In this document: one piece after another, positions 30,258 to 40,187 of the stretch
Layout: every line of letters starts with the position of its first letter
Position numbering within the stretch: the stretch's first letter is position 1
Virus record (IMG/VR): IMGVR_UViG_3300028827_000100
Location: 32,001 to 96,000 of that record
Direction: 5' to 3' (one strand)
Source of the DNA: a virus
DNA length: 64,000 nucleotides
Translations under genes and position numbers: made by a program
Notes under the pieces: generated by a model
Told to the model about the DNA's origin: nothing
Seen by the model: the letters and a program-made list of their open reading frames with translations, nothing else
Database searches by the model: none

Positions 30258-30945
30258 TTACACTGGCAATTGGCGAATAGGTAAGGTGTATAAAAACGAA
30301 AGCGGAGAGGTAGTGTCAAAAGAAAATATAGATGTTTATATAAATCCGGTGAGTGTTGTGCCTGAACTTGTACAGAGAGTAAATTATACGGATACGGTTG
30401 GTGGTACAGCAATATCTGCATGGTCATATGACCCACTTGCTAATTACAGTGGGTATAGCAGGTTTTCTTTCAGGATTGCAGGTGTTGCAATATCATATAC
30501 TGTCAGAGGGAATGTGGTAAATACAAGCCCAAGTCATCAAACGGTAATGGCTTCGGCGATAGCAAACAATTTCAACATCACGATAGGTAACAGGAATGAG
30601 CTTGAAGCATCACGTGCAAATGAAGATGCGAAGGCCGGAGTTTTTAAGGATATAAAGAGAAACGCCATAGACCTGTTTACATTTTTCAACGCAAAATTTG
30701 TTGATGTTATAGATGGTGAGACAGTTTATGCTGAATGGGAAATAGACATTTCGACACCGTTAATGAGCCCGGTTGATTTTGACAACAGAAAGGAATACTT
30801 GAGTGTCGTTGGCATTGTGACAACGCCATTCACTCTCAACGAAGATGCTGGACGTCCATATATGCCAACATGGAGTGTTGGGTTTACAGTCTTTGATGAG
30901 GATGTTGAGAGTGTCATGAATCATATAAAATCGTTTTCGAGGTAA
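30244..30945 (+). CDS. Putative tail tube initiator/baseplate protein
   Basis: YINP...YTDTVGG and F.L.EDA.RPY...W.V.F motifs; position after tape measure. Confidence 0.6.
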   Translation: MADVNYTGNWRIGKVYKNESGEVVSKENIDVYINPVSVVPELVQRVNYTDTVGGTAISAWSYDPLANYSGYSRFSFRIAGVAISYTVRGNVVNTSPSHQTVMASAIANNFNITIGNRNELEASRANEDAKAGVFKDIKRNAIDLFTFFNAKFVDVIDGETVYAEWEIDISTPLMSPVDFDNRKEYLSVVGIVTTPFTLNEDAGRPYMPTWSVGFTVFDEDVESVMNHIKSFSR

Positions 30946-30949
30946 TTGT

Positions 30950-32557
30950 ATGTACAGACAATCTTATTCGTACAAATTGCTGATAAATGGTATTGAGATA
31001 CCGCACAACATGATTAGTGATTTTGATATTTCATACAACGTTGTTCCAGAGTTGTCAATATGTAATATAGGGTTGATAGATTCAAAAAAAGAACTGGTAT
31101 ATAATCCTAATAGGGTTTCAAAGAGCAATTTAACAAGGCTTATTGAAAATGCCGCCCTGAAAAGAGGTGTAAGGCTTGAATACATGAAGCCTTATTTCAA
31201 GGATAACGACGTTGTTACTCTTTTCATAAAAGTTGGTAACGAATGGCATTGGGGTTTCTTTGGATATGTCAGTTCTGTCTCGCTGGGGATAGGTGTTGCA
31301 GGTGAAGCTCCGATAACATTACATGCAGAAAGTTCACTGAAACCGTTTAGATACAATTACATATCTTTTAATTCATTGCTTGTACCGTCTGAATTGAAAG
31401 AAAAAGATTTGGAGGGCTTGTATACAGCATACTATTCCCCTTTTGACGGGATTGATACACACGGAAAAGATATTTACGAACAGGTTAAATTTATTTTTGA
31501 CAACAGCAGATACAGGGCGAGTGAAGTAGTTGTCGGTGATGGGTCGTTTTCTGATATGACAGAGATTGTTATAGGTAGCCCTGAAGACATGATAGGCATT
31601 TTTGATTCTTTTAAGAGTATTACAAGAATTGGGAGTGATGCAGACCTTGAACAGTATATAAGTTCCGTTATTAAATCAGAAGGATGGGGAACTGAAACAT
31701 TATATCCGCAAAGACAGATATACATGATAAAGATAGATACAGACAAAAGCAAAACATGGAAAACATTGACCGCAAACGTTGAGTTTAGTGCTCCATCGCT
31801 GTCGCAACCTGCAATAAATAACAAACTTGATTATTTGCATCAATGCGTATCCAATTGGACTTATATCGTTTATACACTTCAAAACGGGGACGTTGTTATA
31901 GAGCCGTTGTTGTTTGGAACAATTGCAGGTTATACTGTACTTGATTCAAAGAGGGTTGGCAGTAATTCTACATATACTTTTAATGGTACATCTATTGCCA
32001 CCGCTTCGATGACGACAATAGATGTTATTTCCGGGATTGAAAATACAGAACTTACACAAGTTCCAAAAAGAACGAAGTTGTTGCCGGACGAAGCCATAAG
32101 ATTGTATGGGTTGAGGTTCACACGTCCTGATGTATGGCGTGGAAAAATATCCCCATCGATAGCCGACATATACAACCTGTATCTTCTGAACAGGGCATGG
32201 ATAAATGCAAAGACGGCTTCTGTTTCTGCAATGTATGAGGGTAATGACAATTATATAAACAGGCCAGTGCTCGTTGAACCGTTTGATGCTGTTTTTCTGA
32301 ATAAATCCATGAGGTTGAGCTGGAGTGGTGGAACAGGGGTTCTTGCTAATTACAATCTTGATTTTGGCATGGTGTACGATCCTGAAGAAAAAACATATTT
32401 GCCTGAATACAGAATTGGAGATAGCAGAGCGATTTCAAACCTCGGTTTTATTTTTGGGATTGTAGACGAAATAGAAAAAAATAAAAATTTGCAAAGTGTA
32501 GGTGGCAGGGAAATGAATGAGATGATTTCATCTGTGTTAGAGGAGACTGCAACATGA
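30950..32557 (+). CDS. Baseplate hub protein
   Basis: LLINGIEI, FFGYVSSV, NGDVVIEP, YGLR motifs; precedes the spike gene. Confidence 0.65.
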   Translation: MYRQSYSYKLLINGIEIPHNMISDFDISYNVVPELSICNIGLIDSKKELVYNPNRVSKSNLTRLIENAALKRGVRLEYMKPYFKDNDVVTLFIKVGNEWHWGFFGYVSSVSLGIGVAGEAPITLHAESSLKPFRYNYISFNSLLVPSELKEKDLEGLYTAYYSPFDGIDTHGKDIYEQVKFIFDNSRYRASEVVVGDGSFSDMTEIVIGSPEDMIGIFDSFKSITRIGSDADLEQYISSVIKSEGWGTETLYPQRQIYMIKIDTDKSKTWKTLTANVEFSAPSLSQPAINNKLDYLHQCVSNWTYIVYTLQNGDVVIEPLLFGTIAGYTVLDSKRVGSNSTYTFNGTSIATASMTTIDVISGIENTELTQVPKRTKLLPDEAIRLYGLRFTRPDVWRGKISPSIADIYNLYLLNRAWINAKTASVSAMYEGNDNYINRPVLVEPFDAVFLNKSMRLSWSGGTGVLANYNLDFGMVYDPEEKTYLPEYRIGDSRAISNLGFIFGIVDEIEKNKNLQSVGGREMNEMISSVLEETAT

Positions 32558-33816
32558 AAGAGTGGTCGCTTGCTGATATACCAAGAGGCATAGATAAATC
32601 GAGAATATTTACCGGGGTTGTAAGCAATGTAAATTCTGCATCCATGTTGATGGATGTCGAGATAGTTGAAATTCAAATGAGGGTTAGAGATATTGCCATA
32701 CCCCCGTTGTACATATCAAACAGTCAGAAGTCCGGGGTGGTGGCAGTACCAAGAGTTGGCGATTCCGTCCTTCTTGCACTGAAACAGTCGGAATGGGTTG
32801 TCATAGGTTACAACATTGCGAAATACAGGGATGATACGAATACTGTAAGAACTGCATGGCAGGATATAGTAGACAAAAGCGGGAATGGGATACCGGCTTT
32901 TGAATTGACGGAAGGAGACTTTGGCATTTTCGTTCACGAGAACGACAAGGCTGTGGATATGCTCCTGTTAAAAGATGGGAAGTTTATTTTGAGTTCTGGT
33001 CTTGCGTACATGGTGGTCGATCAACAGGATTCAAGTTTCAGGTATATGTTTGACTATATGTCAAAGACTGTTGCTGGAGGGATTGCAACTCTTGAATGCG
33101 GATTCCCCTCCATTGACAACAACGGAAAGAAAAAGTATATTGTGTATGACCACTTTTTCGGATACAGAAGTGCAAATGAGGATTTTGAAATAGGTTATGT
33201 GAACGACAACGGCATTCCTGCAAAAACTAAATCGGGTGGCAATGTAAGAGCAAGAATAAAAGTTGGGAATGCGGTTATCACTATTGGAGATGACAATTCA
33301 ATAGAAATTAAAACTACATCAAAAGTTTTCATAGATTCGTCTGAAGCAAATGTAGATGTTGGTACTGTCAGGGTGAAAGGGCAGAAAATGAAAATTGAAG
33401 AGAATGAGATAGATATTAATGCTGAAGACGTGAGCCTTGATACAAATGCAGTGTCTATAAATGCAGACAACATTGATATTGAAGCGAAAAGTGCTTCATT
33501 GAATATAGATTCTCTAAAGGTAGATTCCAACGAAGTAAAGGTGGAGTCTGATTCTGTGGAAATTAGCGGAAGTAAGACAAAGTTGACATCAAACAGTATG
33601 GAGATTGACAGCGGGAATATGAGCATGGATGTTCAGAGCATGAATGTCAATGCACAGTCTGCATCCATAGGTGGTGATGTCCCGCTTGTTTTGAGTACAA
33701 TCTTGTCTATTCTGGAATCGCACACGCACCCTTATTCGGATGGGGTTACAGGCCCATCACCATCACTTGCAGATGCATCTTTTACATATGCTACCAAAAT
33801 TGTAAAAGGAAGCTGA
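32554..33816 (+). CDS. Baseplate central spike (gpV/gp5-like)
   Basis: OB-fold-like N-terminus (G.V..VN...PRVGDSVLL), beta-helix repeats, apex HTH (His-x-His). Confidence 0.8.
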   Translation: MKEWSLADIPRGIDKSRIFTGVVSNVNSASMLMDVEIVEIQMRVRDIAIPPLYISNSQKSGVVAVPRVGDSVLLALKQSEWVVIGYNIAKYRDDTNTVRTAWQDIVDKSGNGIPAFELTEGDFGIFVHENDKAVDMLLLKDGKFILSSGLAYMVVDQQDSSFRYMFDYMSKTVAGGIATLECGFPSIDNNGKKKYIVYDHFFGYRSANEDFEIGYVNDNGIPAKTKSGGNVRARIKVGNAVITIGDDNSIEIKTTSKVFIDSSEANVDVGTVRVKGQKMKIEENEIDINAEDVSLDTNAVSINADNIDIEAKSASLNIDSLKVDSNEVKVESDSVEISGSKTKLTSNSMEIDSGNMSMDVQSMNVNAQSASIGGDVPLVLSTILSILESHTHPYSDGVTGPSPSLADASFTYATKIVKGS

Positions 33817-33817
33817 T

Positions 33818-35311
33818 ATGGCTATAGGTGATAAGGACTATCTTCGTAAGCAACTTGGCTTTTATGATTGGGATGATGTTGCACAGTGTGCGTGCGAACT
33901 TGTTAAAAGATACGGAGTTGCAGATGTAAGAAATATTCTCGAAAAACTGAAAAGCCTTTCTGAAATAAATGCTGATTTGCAGGAATACATAAGTGATGTG
34001 ATAGCAAGGATTGACAGTATCATATCACTTGCAGACAGCATATTGAATTTGAATCCTCTTGAAAGATTGATATATAGAGAATTGTCAAAACTGAAAGTGT
34101 GCCCGCTTGTGGACAATCTTATATATGACATTCTCGGTGATATAAATATACTCAAAAATATACAGCTTGGGGAGTGGTTTGGGAACAGGGCCGGAGCCAT
34201 TATAGGTGCTTTGAACACCACAAATCAGGTTTTAAGTGAATCACAGGAGAAACTTTTAAGATTTGCAGAGCTTATAAAAGTGATGGATGCCTGTTCTACG
34301 GAATCCATACCTGAAAGCAAAAACTATGAAGATGTTTTGCTTGGACATCATGTTGTAGTGCCACCGAACATAGAAAAGAGTGAAGAACATTATGACATAC
34401 CCCCGATGGGTACGGTGGCGAACGTTAACGGGGAAACGTGGTATGCCTTCGAGAAGGACGGTTTTGTAAAAGTAGCAAGAAAGATAAATAGTGTGTGGCA
34501 ATCTCCGGTAGATGTCACTGAAGGATATTATCCCAAAATATTTTTTGATGGCACGAGGGTGAATATATACTTTTCAAAGAATTATAAAATTGGTCTTGTG
34601 TCAATGTTACCGCACGAATTGAGTCTTATAGAAGTGCCGTTTTCTCTTTGGGATTGCTCAAAGATAACATTCAGTTTGGTAGAGAAAAATGAAAGTATTT
34701 ACATTTGCGGTTTCAACAGTGAATATGGAAGGCTTTTTAGAGAGCCTTCAACATCACATTTTCAAATACAGCAATTCAAAGATGGACTCCGTGGGTTTGT
34801 GCCAGTGCCGGAATCATTCAGGGTTTTAACGGACAGACTGCAATGGCAGGGAGTGACGGTTGACACCAATTATTTTGATGTTTCCTATAGGGTGTATGAA
34901 GATGGAAATATGCTTGCTGAATTAACATCTACTGAATATATATATGAGGCATCTTCCGGTACTGATTATTGGGTTACAGCGGTATATACGAACAAAGCAA
35001 CTGGAGTTGTTACAGAGGGCTATCCGTCTAACAGAGACAGGCTTACTGGGGTTATAAGAGTAAGAAAGCAGGAAGATGTTTCATACAGTCAGCAAATTAT
35101 TGAAAGACACGATTGGTATAAATACTTTTATGATGTTGTATATGTCAATGATGATGTAAACTCGCACGGTTATGTTGAAACGGAAAATTTCAAGACAGTG
35201 AAGTATTCTCCTTATATTGCGGATTCAACATTGGACAATTATTCTGGAAATACATTTGCCATTTCTGCGAAATATGAAGAAAACAAAAGATGGCCGTCAC
35301 AACTAAATTAG
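33818..35311 (+). CDS. Baseplate/tail-associated protein with FnIII-like C-terminal domain
   Basis: Helical N-terminus; LQW...YRVYEDG...YWVTAVY...EG.PSN FnIII-like pattern. Confidence 0.5.
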   Translation: MAIGDKDYLRKQLGFYDWDDVAQCACELVKRYGVADVRNILEKLKSLSEINADLQEYISDVIARIDSIISLADSILNLNPLERLIYRELSKLKVCPLVDNLIYDILGDINILKNIQLGEWFGNRAGAIIGALNTTNQVLSESQEKLLRFAELIKVMDACSTESIPESKNYEDVLLGHHVVVPPNIEKSEEHYDIPPMGTVANVNGETWYAFEKDGFVKVARKINSVWQSPVDVTEGYYPKIFFDGTRVNIYFSKNYKIGLVSMLPHELSLIEVPFSLWDCSKITFSLVEKNESIYICGFNSEYGRLFREPSTSHFQIQQFKDGLRGFVPVPESFRVLTDRLQWQGVTVDTNYFDVSYRVYEDGNMLAELTSTEYIYEASSGTDYWVTAVYTNKATGVVTEGYPSNRDRLTGVIRVRKQEDVSYSQQIIERHDWYKYFYDVVYVNDDVNSHGYVETENFKTVKYSPYIADSTLDNYSGNTFAISAKYEENKRWPSQLN

Positions 35312-35322
35312 AGGAGGATAAA

Positions 35323-38300
35323 ATGTTTCAGCTTGTAGACACCATTCCTTTCAGAATAAAAGGCGAGGTTCTTGTAGAAGTTGAGAGAAACGGCATTCTT
35401 GTTGATACAAGAAAACAAAACAACCTGTGGCTTGACCGTGGAACAAGAGATATAATTCTTGGTAATGAGCCTTCAAAGATTTTTGTAAGTGATTCAACGG
35501 TACAACCGCAGTATACGGATACAGAAGTTCCGGCTGGAACACAAAATGCTTTTGGTAATGCAACAAGGACATATCAGCAATCAGTGAATGGTGTTGTTGT
35601 GAACAGGCACGAGTTTTATACGCAAATAGCACCTCCAACATCCGGGACGAGAACTATAAATACTATAGGTTTAACACGTGGTGGAAGCGGTGTTGAAAAC
35701 ACACTTGCTTTTGCATACCTTGTGCTGACAGCGCCAATTGTACAGACTACACTTGATACACTCCACATATATTACTATGTATATATTTTACAGCCGAATA
35801 TACAGGGAATAGGACATAGCGGGTGGAATGATTTTGCAGAATCATTTTTCGGATATAAAAATTACAGTTTGTATGTAAGCAGACAGCTTTTTTATGGTGC
35901 ACCGAAGAACGACATGAAATGGGACGGTTATGCTTTTTCCCAAACTGATTCGAGATATATATATAACACTGAAGTTATAGATGAGAACAAGTACAAGGTA
36001 TATTTTCTTACAAATTTTGGTTCATCGTCAGATTTGTCTTCTTACGTTGGTCACTTGGCGGCATTTTCTGTTGTGAGAAGCTCTTATTACTACCTTGTTA
36101 AAAATATAATAGAGGATGGATATGTTGGCAGGTTTTGGCCTAAAAGGAATACATCCACAGAGCCATTTTTCGATTCGGGATCTTCACAGCTTCCGCAGGG
36201 GTGGAGTAAGGGTGCTGAAATAAGAGCTACAAATCCATTCGCACCGGAGTATCTTGGTATTTTTTACAAGGTGAATATAGTTACAACCGGAGATGTCGGC
36301 GCATCTGAATATTATGTGGATGTTCTTGCCCCTTATTATCCGTCTACTGGATGGGGGCATATGATGCTGTTTGATTTTGTAAACAAGGGAGGGTCTTCTT
36401 ACGTTATAAGAAGTGGAATTATAAGCAAGCTCGGAAGGGATTTTATTATTACATCGTACATAAATAACACAACCGGGGAATACTACACAACAATTAGTGA
36501 TTTGAATGGTGGCGGTTATGTTGATATAATTGGTGATGATACAGCGAGCTGTAAGATATGGATACATGGTGGTGGGACTTCCGATTTGTTTTTCTATGAC
36601 CAGAAAAACAGGGATAAGTTTTTCAAAGTAACATTTAACGACCCTGTTAATGTATTTGACAATTCGCTAACAGAATATACGTCTGCAAGAGACATCTTTC
36701 ATGCAGAGGGGGATTCTTCAAAAATATACCTGTGGCATCATCACGACGGAGTTGTTGGCGTGTTTGATGTTGCTACCGGGGTTATTTCAGATACGTGGAT
36801 AGACCGCACGTCTTTTTTGCTTGATTACACAACTGTTGGTGATGACATGATATGGGAATGGGGTTTGTATGATTCTGTTAACAGTAGAATACTTATAGGT
36901 GTCAACAAGTCCGTTTTTGTTTATCCTGTAGATGGTGTGACGGAGTTGAATGGTTTTACCGGAGTGGCCGATTTCAACTCTACTACAATAAAAAATTGGT
37001 CTGCCATAATTGTGAAAGACGGAACTCTTGCCCACAATGCTGGAAATCTTGAATTTGGACTTTCACATGGTAAGCCTGTTTCTGGAACAAACAATGGTCT
37101 CGGAACTTTGATGTTGCAGAGAGTTTCACCGGGGGCTTTCGATGTTGTTGTAAAAATATCCAGTTTTTCACCTACTGATTCAAATCAGAGAATGGGAATG
37201 ATAGTATGTGGTTCACATGACAATATAGATACGCAAAAAAGAATAGAAAGAGGGGGAGGCAATATCATAGAGGCTTATACGGACGACGTCCTTGACAGTG
37301 GTGGAAGCGCAAGTTATTCCAAGACAGACGTATGGTTTAGGATAGAAAGGGATGCCTCGAATAACGTTAGTGTATATTATGCTGACCCGTCTGTAGGCAC
37401 GTGGAATCAACTTGGTGTTACAACGGTTATGTCGGGAGAGGTGTATGTTGGTTTAACTGGGCACACAAGAGATAATGGGGCAACTTCTCTTATACAGGCT
37501 ACCGTGTCTGATTTTTATTTTAATACGGGAACGGTTGACAAGAGGCAACAGTCTGTATATATTGACAACACCATACTTGCGGCTACAGCACAAAGCGGTA
37601 TTGTAAAACTTTACAATGGGATATATCATATTATAACAGATGTTGGTGTCGTTGCTGTGAATGCAAATTCTTTTGACAAGGTAAAAGATTACAAGTTATA
37701 CAGAAACACAGACAGCAATGGAAAATATGGATACTTCATAGAAAACTATTACAATGGAAAATATTTTGGTGTTGCCAAGGTGTCGTTGCTCTATCAGAAT
37801 TATTCAAACAAGTGGGATTACGATTCAAGATTTGCCAACACTTATGAAGTTCAATTGTATGAACCGCTTGTTGATGAGTATATGTGGGTTGGTGGATTTG
37901 AAAGTTACAAGCAGGTATTGACTATGATAGGTTTAAACCTGATAAAAAATTATCAGAGTTCTACTCCACATTCGTATGCCGATGGGCAATTGCGGTTTGA
38001 ATACGTTGGTGGTTCGTGGGTATTGACTGATTCTGATAATGCATCTCCCACGCCAAAGGTTACTCATTCTGCATGGGAAGCACTACCTTCTGGAAGCGAA
38101 GAAATTAGGTTTCTTGACGGCCCTACACCGGGGCAGTCTCATGTTGATGGTGATATGTATACTTCGTGGTGTGTTTCCAAGGGGTTGATAAAAGACAATC
38201 AGGAGTATATAACAAATATAGGCATGGGAGTTTATTTTTCGGATGCACAGAGAGCTAACGAAACATATACGAATATTGGAACTGTTGTTGATATGGAAAG

Positions 38301-39204
38301 TAAATTAAACAATCCAGCTACATGGCTTATAGCTGATTTTGATTATGATTACGATATAAGAATCAGAAATGCAGATGGAACGCCGTCATGCTACTATAAC
38401 GTTGTATCCATGTGCAATGTAAGTTCTGTAAGCAGTAATTCAGAGTTCAGTTCTGATACGGCAGATTTGTATTTTGCATATAATTTTTACAAAAGATTGT
38501 ATGTGAAGTTTGTTACTGGAGCAAATGCAGGAGTTGAGCCTAAACAGATATTGGAGTATGATGGATACAACAAAAAAATTATTACTGATACATGGCCCAA
38601 TGCAATATCTATAGGTGACAAGTTTGATATAGTGGATGAAGGTTCTGCTACAAAGGTTGCAACGCTTGCACAGAATATAGTCCCTACTATGACAGGGTAT
38701 ACGACCCCTGAAGGTGTTGCGAGTGCAAGTAGCGACAGGGCAAACGGCGAGGCTTGGAGGGCTTTCGGGAGTGGTGATTGGATAACAGCCGACGGGGATG
38801 TTACAGGCTGGATTGAATATGAATTTACACAGCACCGTGTAATAAGAAAATATGCTATAACAGCCCCAAGTGACTTTACCCTGTCGCCGAAGTCGTGGAC
38901 ATTTGAGGGATGGGATGGAAATTCGTGGCAAGTTCTTGATACACAGAGTAATATTGTTTTTTCAGCCGGGGAAAGAAAGGTATTTATAGTGAATACGGCA
39001 CTTGACAAATTTTCTTATCTTAAATTCAGGTTGAATATAACGGCGAATAACGGAAATGCAAACAACCTTTCAGTAACGCTTTTTGAGATGATGAGCGCAA
39101 ATGAGTTTTCGGTTGATGATGTGAATGGGCAGTTGTTTTTTGACGATATGAACACCGGAAGAAATCTCTTGGCTGAATACATATATGTTTTGAGGTCGTG
39201 GTAA
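35323..39204 (+). CDS. Large tail/baseplate receptor-binding protein with ConA-like and discoidin (F5/8C-like) domains
   Basis: GAGGAGG SD before ATG 35323; VWFRIER...VYVGL (ConA-like); ASAS...AWRAFG...WIEYEF...PKSWTFEG.DG..W.VLD...Y..FRLNI (discoidin-like). Confidence 0.65.
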   Translation: MFQLVDTIPFRIKGEVLVEVERNGILVDTRKQNNLWLDRGTRDIILGNEPSKIFVSDSTVQPQYTDTEVPAGTQNAFGNATRTYQQSVNGVVVNRHEFYTQIAPPTSGTRTINTIGLTRGGSGVENTLAFAYLVLTAPIVQTTLDTLHIYYYVYILQPNIQGIGHSGWNDFAESFFGYKNYSLYVSRQLFYGAPKNDMKWDGYAFSQTDSRYIYNTEVIDENKYKVYFLTNFGSSSDLSSYVGHLAAFSVVRSSYYYLVKNIIEDGYVGRFWPKRNTSTEPFFDSGSSQLPQGWSKGAEIRATNPFAPEYLGIFYKVNIVTTGDVGASEYYVDVLAPYYPSTGWGHMMLFDFVNKGGSSYVIRSGIISKLGRDFIITSYINNTTGEYYTTISDLNGGGYVDIIGDDTASCKIWIHGGGTSDLFFYDQKNRDKFFKVTFNDPVNVFDNSLTEYTSARDIFHAEGDSSKIYLWHHHDGVVGVFDVATGVISDTWIDRTSFLLDYTTVGDDMIWEWGLYDSVNSRILIGVNKSVFVYPVDGVTELNGFTGVADFNSTTIKNWSAIIVKDGTLAHNAGNLEFGLSHGKPVSGTNNGLGTLMLQRVSPGAFDVVVKISSFSPTDSNQRMGMIVCGSHDNIDTQKRIERGGGNIIEAYTDDVLDSGGSASYSKTDVWFRIERDASNNVSVYYADPSVGTWNQLGVTTVMSGEVYVGLTGHTRDNGATSLIQATVSDFYFNTGTVDKRQQSVYIDNTILAATAQSGIVKLYNGIYHIITDVGVVAVNANSFDKVKDYKLYRNTDSNGKYGYFIENYYNGKYFGVAKVSLLYQNYSNKWDYDSRFANTYEVQLYEPLVDEYMWVGGFESYKQVLTMIGLNLIKNYQSSTPHSYADGQLRFEYVGGSWVLTDSDNASPTPKVTHSAWEALPSGSEEIRFLDGPTPGQSHVDGDMYTSWCVSKGLIKDNQEYITNIGMGVYFSDAQRANETYTNIGTVVDMESKLNNPATWLIADFDYDYDIRIRNADGTPSCYYNVVSMCNVSSVSSNSEFSSDTADLYFAYNFYKRLYVKFVTGANAGVEPKQILEYDGYNKKIITDTWPNAISIGDKFDIVDEGSATKVATLAQNIVPTMTGYTTPEGVASASSDRANGEAWRAFGSGDWITADGDVTGWIEYEFTQHRVIRKYAITAPSDFTLSPKSWTFEGWDGNSWQVLDTQSNIVFSAGERKVFIVNTALDKFSYLKFRLNITANNGNANNLSVTLFEMMSANEFSVDDVNGQLFFDDMNTGRNLLAEYIYVLRSW

Positions 39205-39807
39205 ATGGCTATATATCAGAAGAGAATATCTTGTGCAAATTTTACAAAAGATATTGGCGATAGCAGTTCAAATCAGCAAGCACTTTTCTGGATAGCAAAT
39301 AAGGGTACAAGCTGGTTTTTAACTGCAAGATTGCTGTACAAAGAAGATATAAGTGAAGAAGAAAAGTTGAGAGAGATTCAACTGTTAAATCTTGGAAGTG
39401 GAACGTATGGCGGGATTTTTGTTTTTGGAAGCAGGTACAGCAATTGGAATATTGTATATTCTTTCAACAATGAAATAAACATAATAAGATATAATCAGGA
39501 TTTGACAAAAATTTTATTTTTTAATTCGGTAACCTATGGTACGTATCCGATTGTTTTTCATCTTGAGAGTGTTGATAATTACATGATAACATTTTTTGAT
39601 GCCGGGGCATATAAAGCCGTGTTTACAGGCGACTGGTTGAATTTTAGCAGGGCAGTTTCACTTTTTGACATTGAGTCCATATGGGATATGTACAAAATGT
39701 ATGGAACAGAAGTGACATTAAGAGACCATATAGAGGTTATGGACTATGCGAAAGAAAATTCATACGGGTATCAGGATGGATACCTGTCGCATCCTTATTC
39801 TTTTTAG
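39205..39807 (+). CDS. Hypothetical baseplate-region protein
   Basis: Abuts the upstream stop; beta-rich. Confidence 0.55.
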   Translation: MAIYQKRISCANFTKDIGDSSSNQQALFWIANKGTSWFLTARLLYKEDISEEEKLREIQLLNLGSGTYGGIFVFGSRYSNWNIVYSFNNEINIIRYNQDLTKILFFNSVTYGTYPIVFHLESVDNYMITFFDAGAYKAVFTGDWLNFSRAVSLFDIESIWDMYKMYGTEVTLRDHIEVMDYAKENSYGYQDGYLSHPYSF

Positions 39808-39818
39808 GGAGGATGTAT

Positions 39819-40187
39819 ATGGAAACGTTCAAGGTGGCTAATGGCGATATTGTTATAAATGAAAATCACAGGGTTGAAACCGTAAATGGGAGTGACAAGC
39901 TCAATCAGACCATAATGGAAATGCTGTCCATAGATACTATGGAAAATGGTTTTGGTGCTGGTTTGTCTGTTGGGGTGGAAACAACATCTGTTTCATCTCT
40001 CATAAGGGCGGCTGTAAAAAGATGGAAAACATTGCAGGACAATTCCATTTTGGCAAGGGATAGCAACGAAAAGATAGGTGGAATCAAAAGTCTAAAGGTA
40101 ATAAACAGGGGTACAGACATTGTATTCGACCTTGTTGTAAGTGATGGGAGAGGGAACGCAATAAATGTGGAGGTTGTGAAACAATGA
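39819..40187 (+). CDS. Baseplate wedge/sheath initiator (gp25-like)
   Basis: GGAGG SD before ATG 39819; NGDIVI...V.G..KL.Q...GFG pattern; precedes baseplate J. Confidence 0.7.
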   Translation: METFKVANGDIVINENHRVETVNGSDKLNQTIMEMLSIDTMENGFGAGLSVGVETTSVSSLIRAAVKRWKTLQDNSILARDSNEKIGGIKSLKVINRGTDIVFDLVVSDGRGNAINVEVVKQ

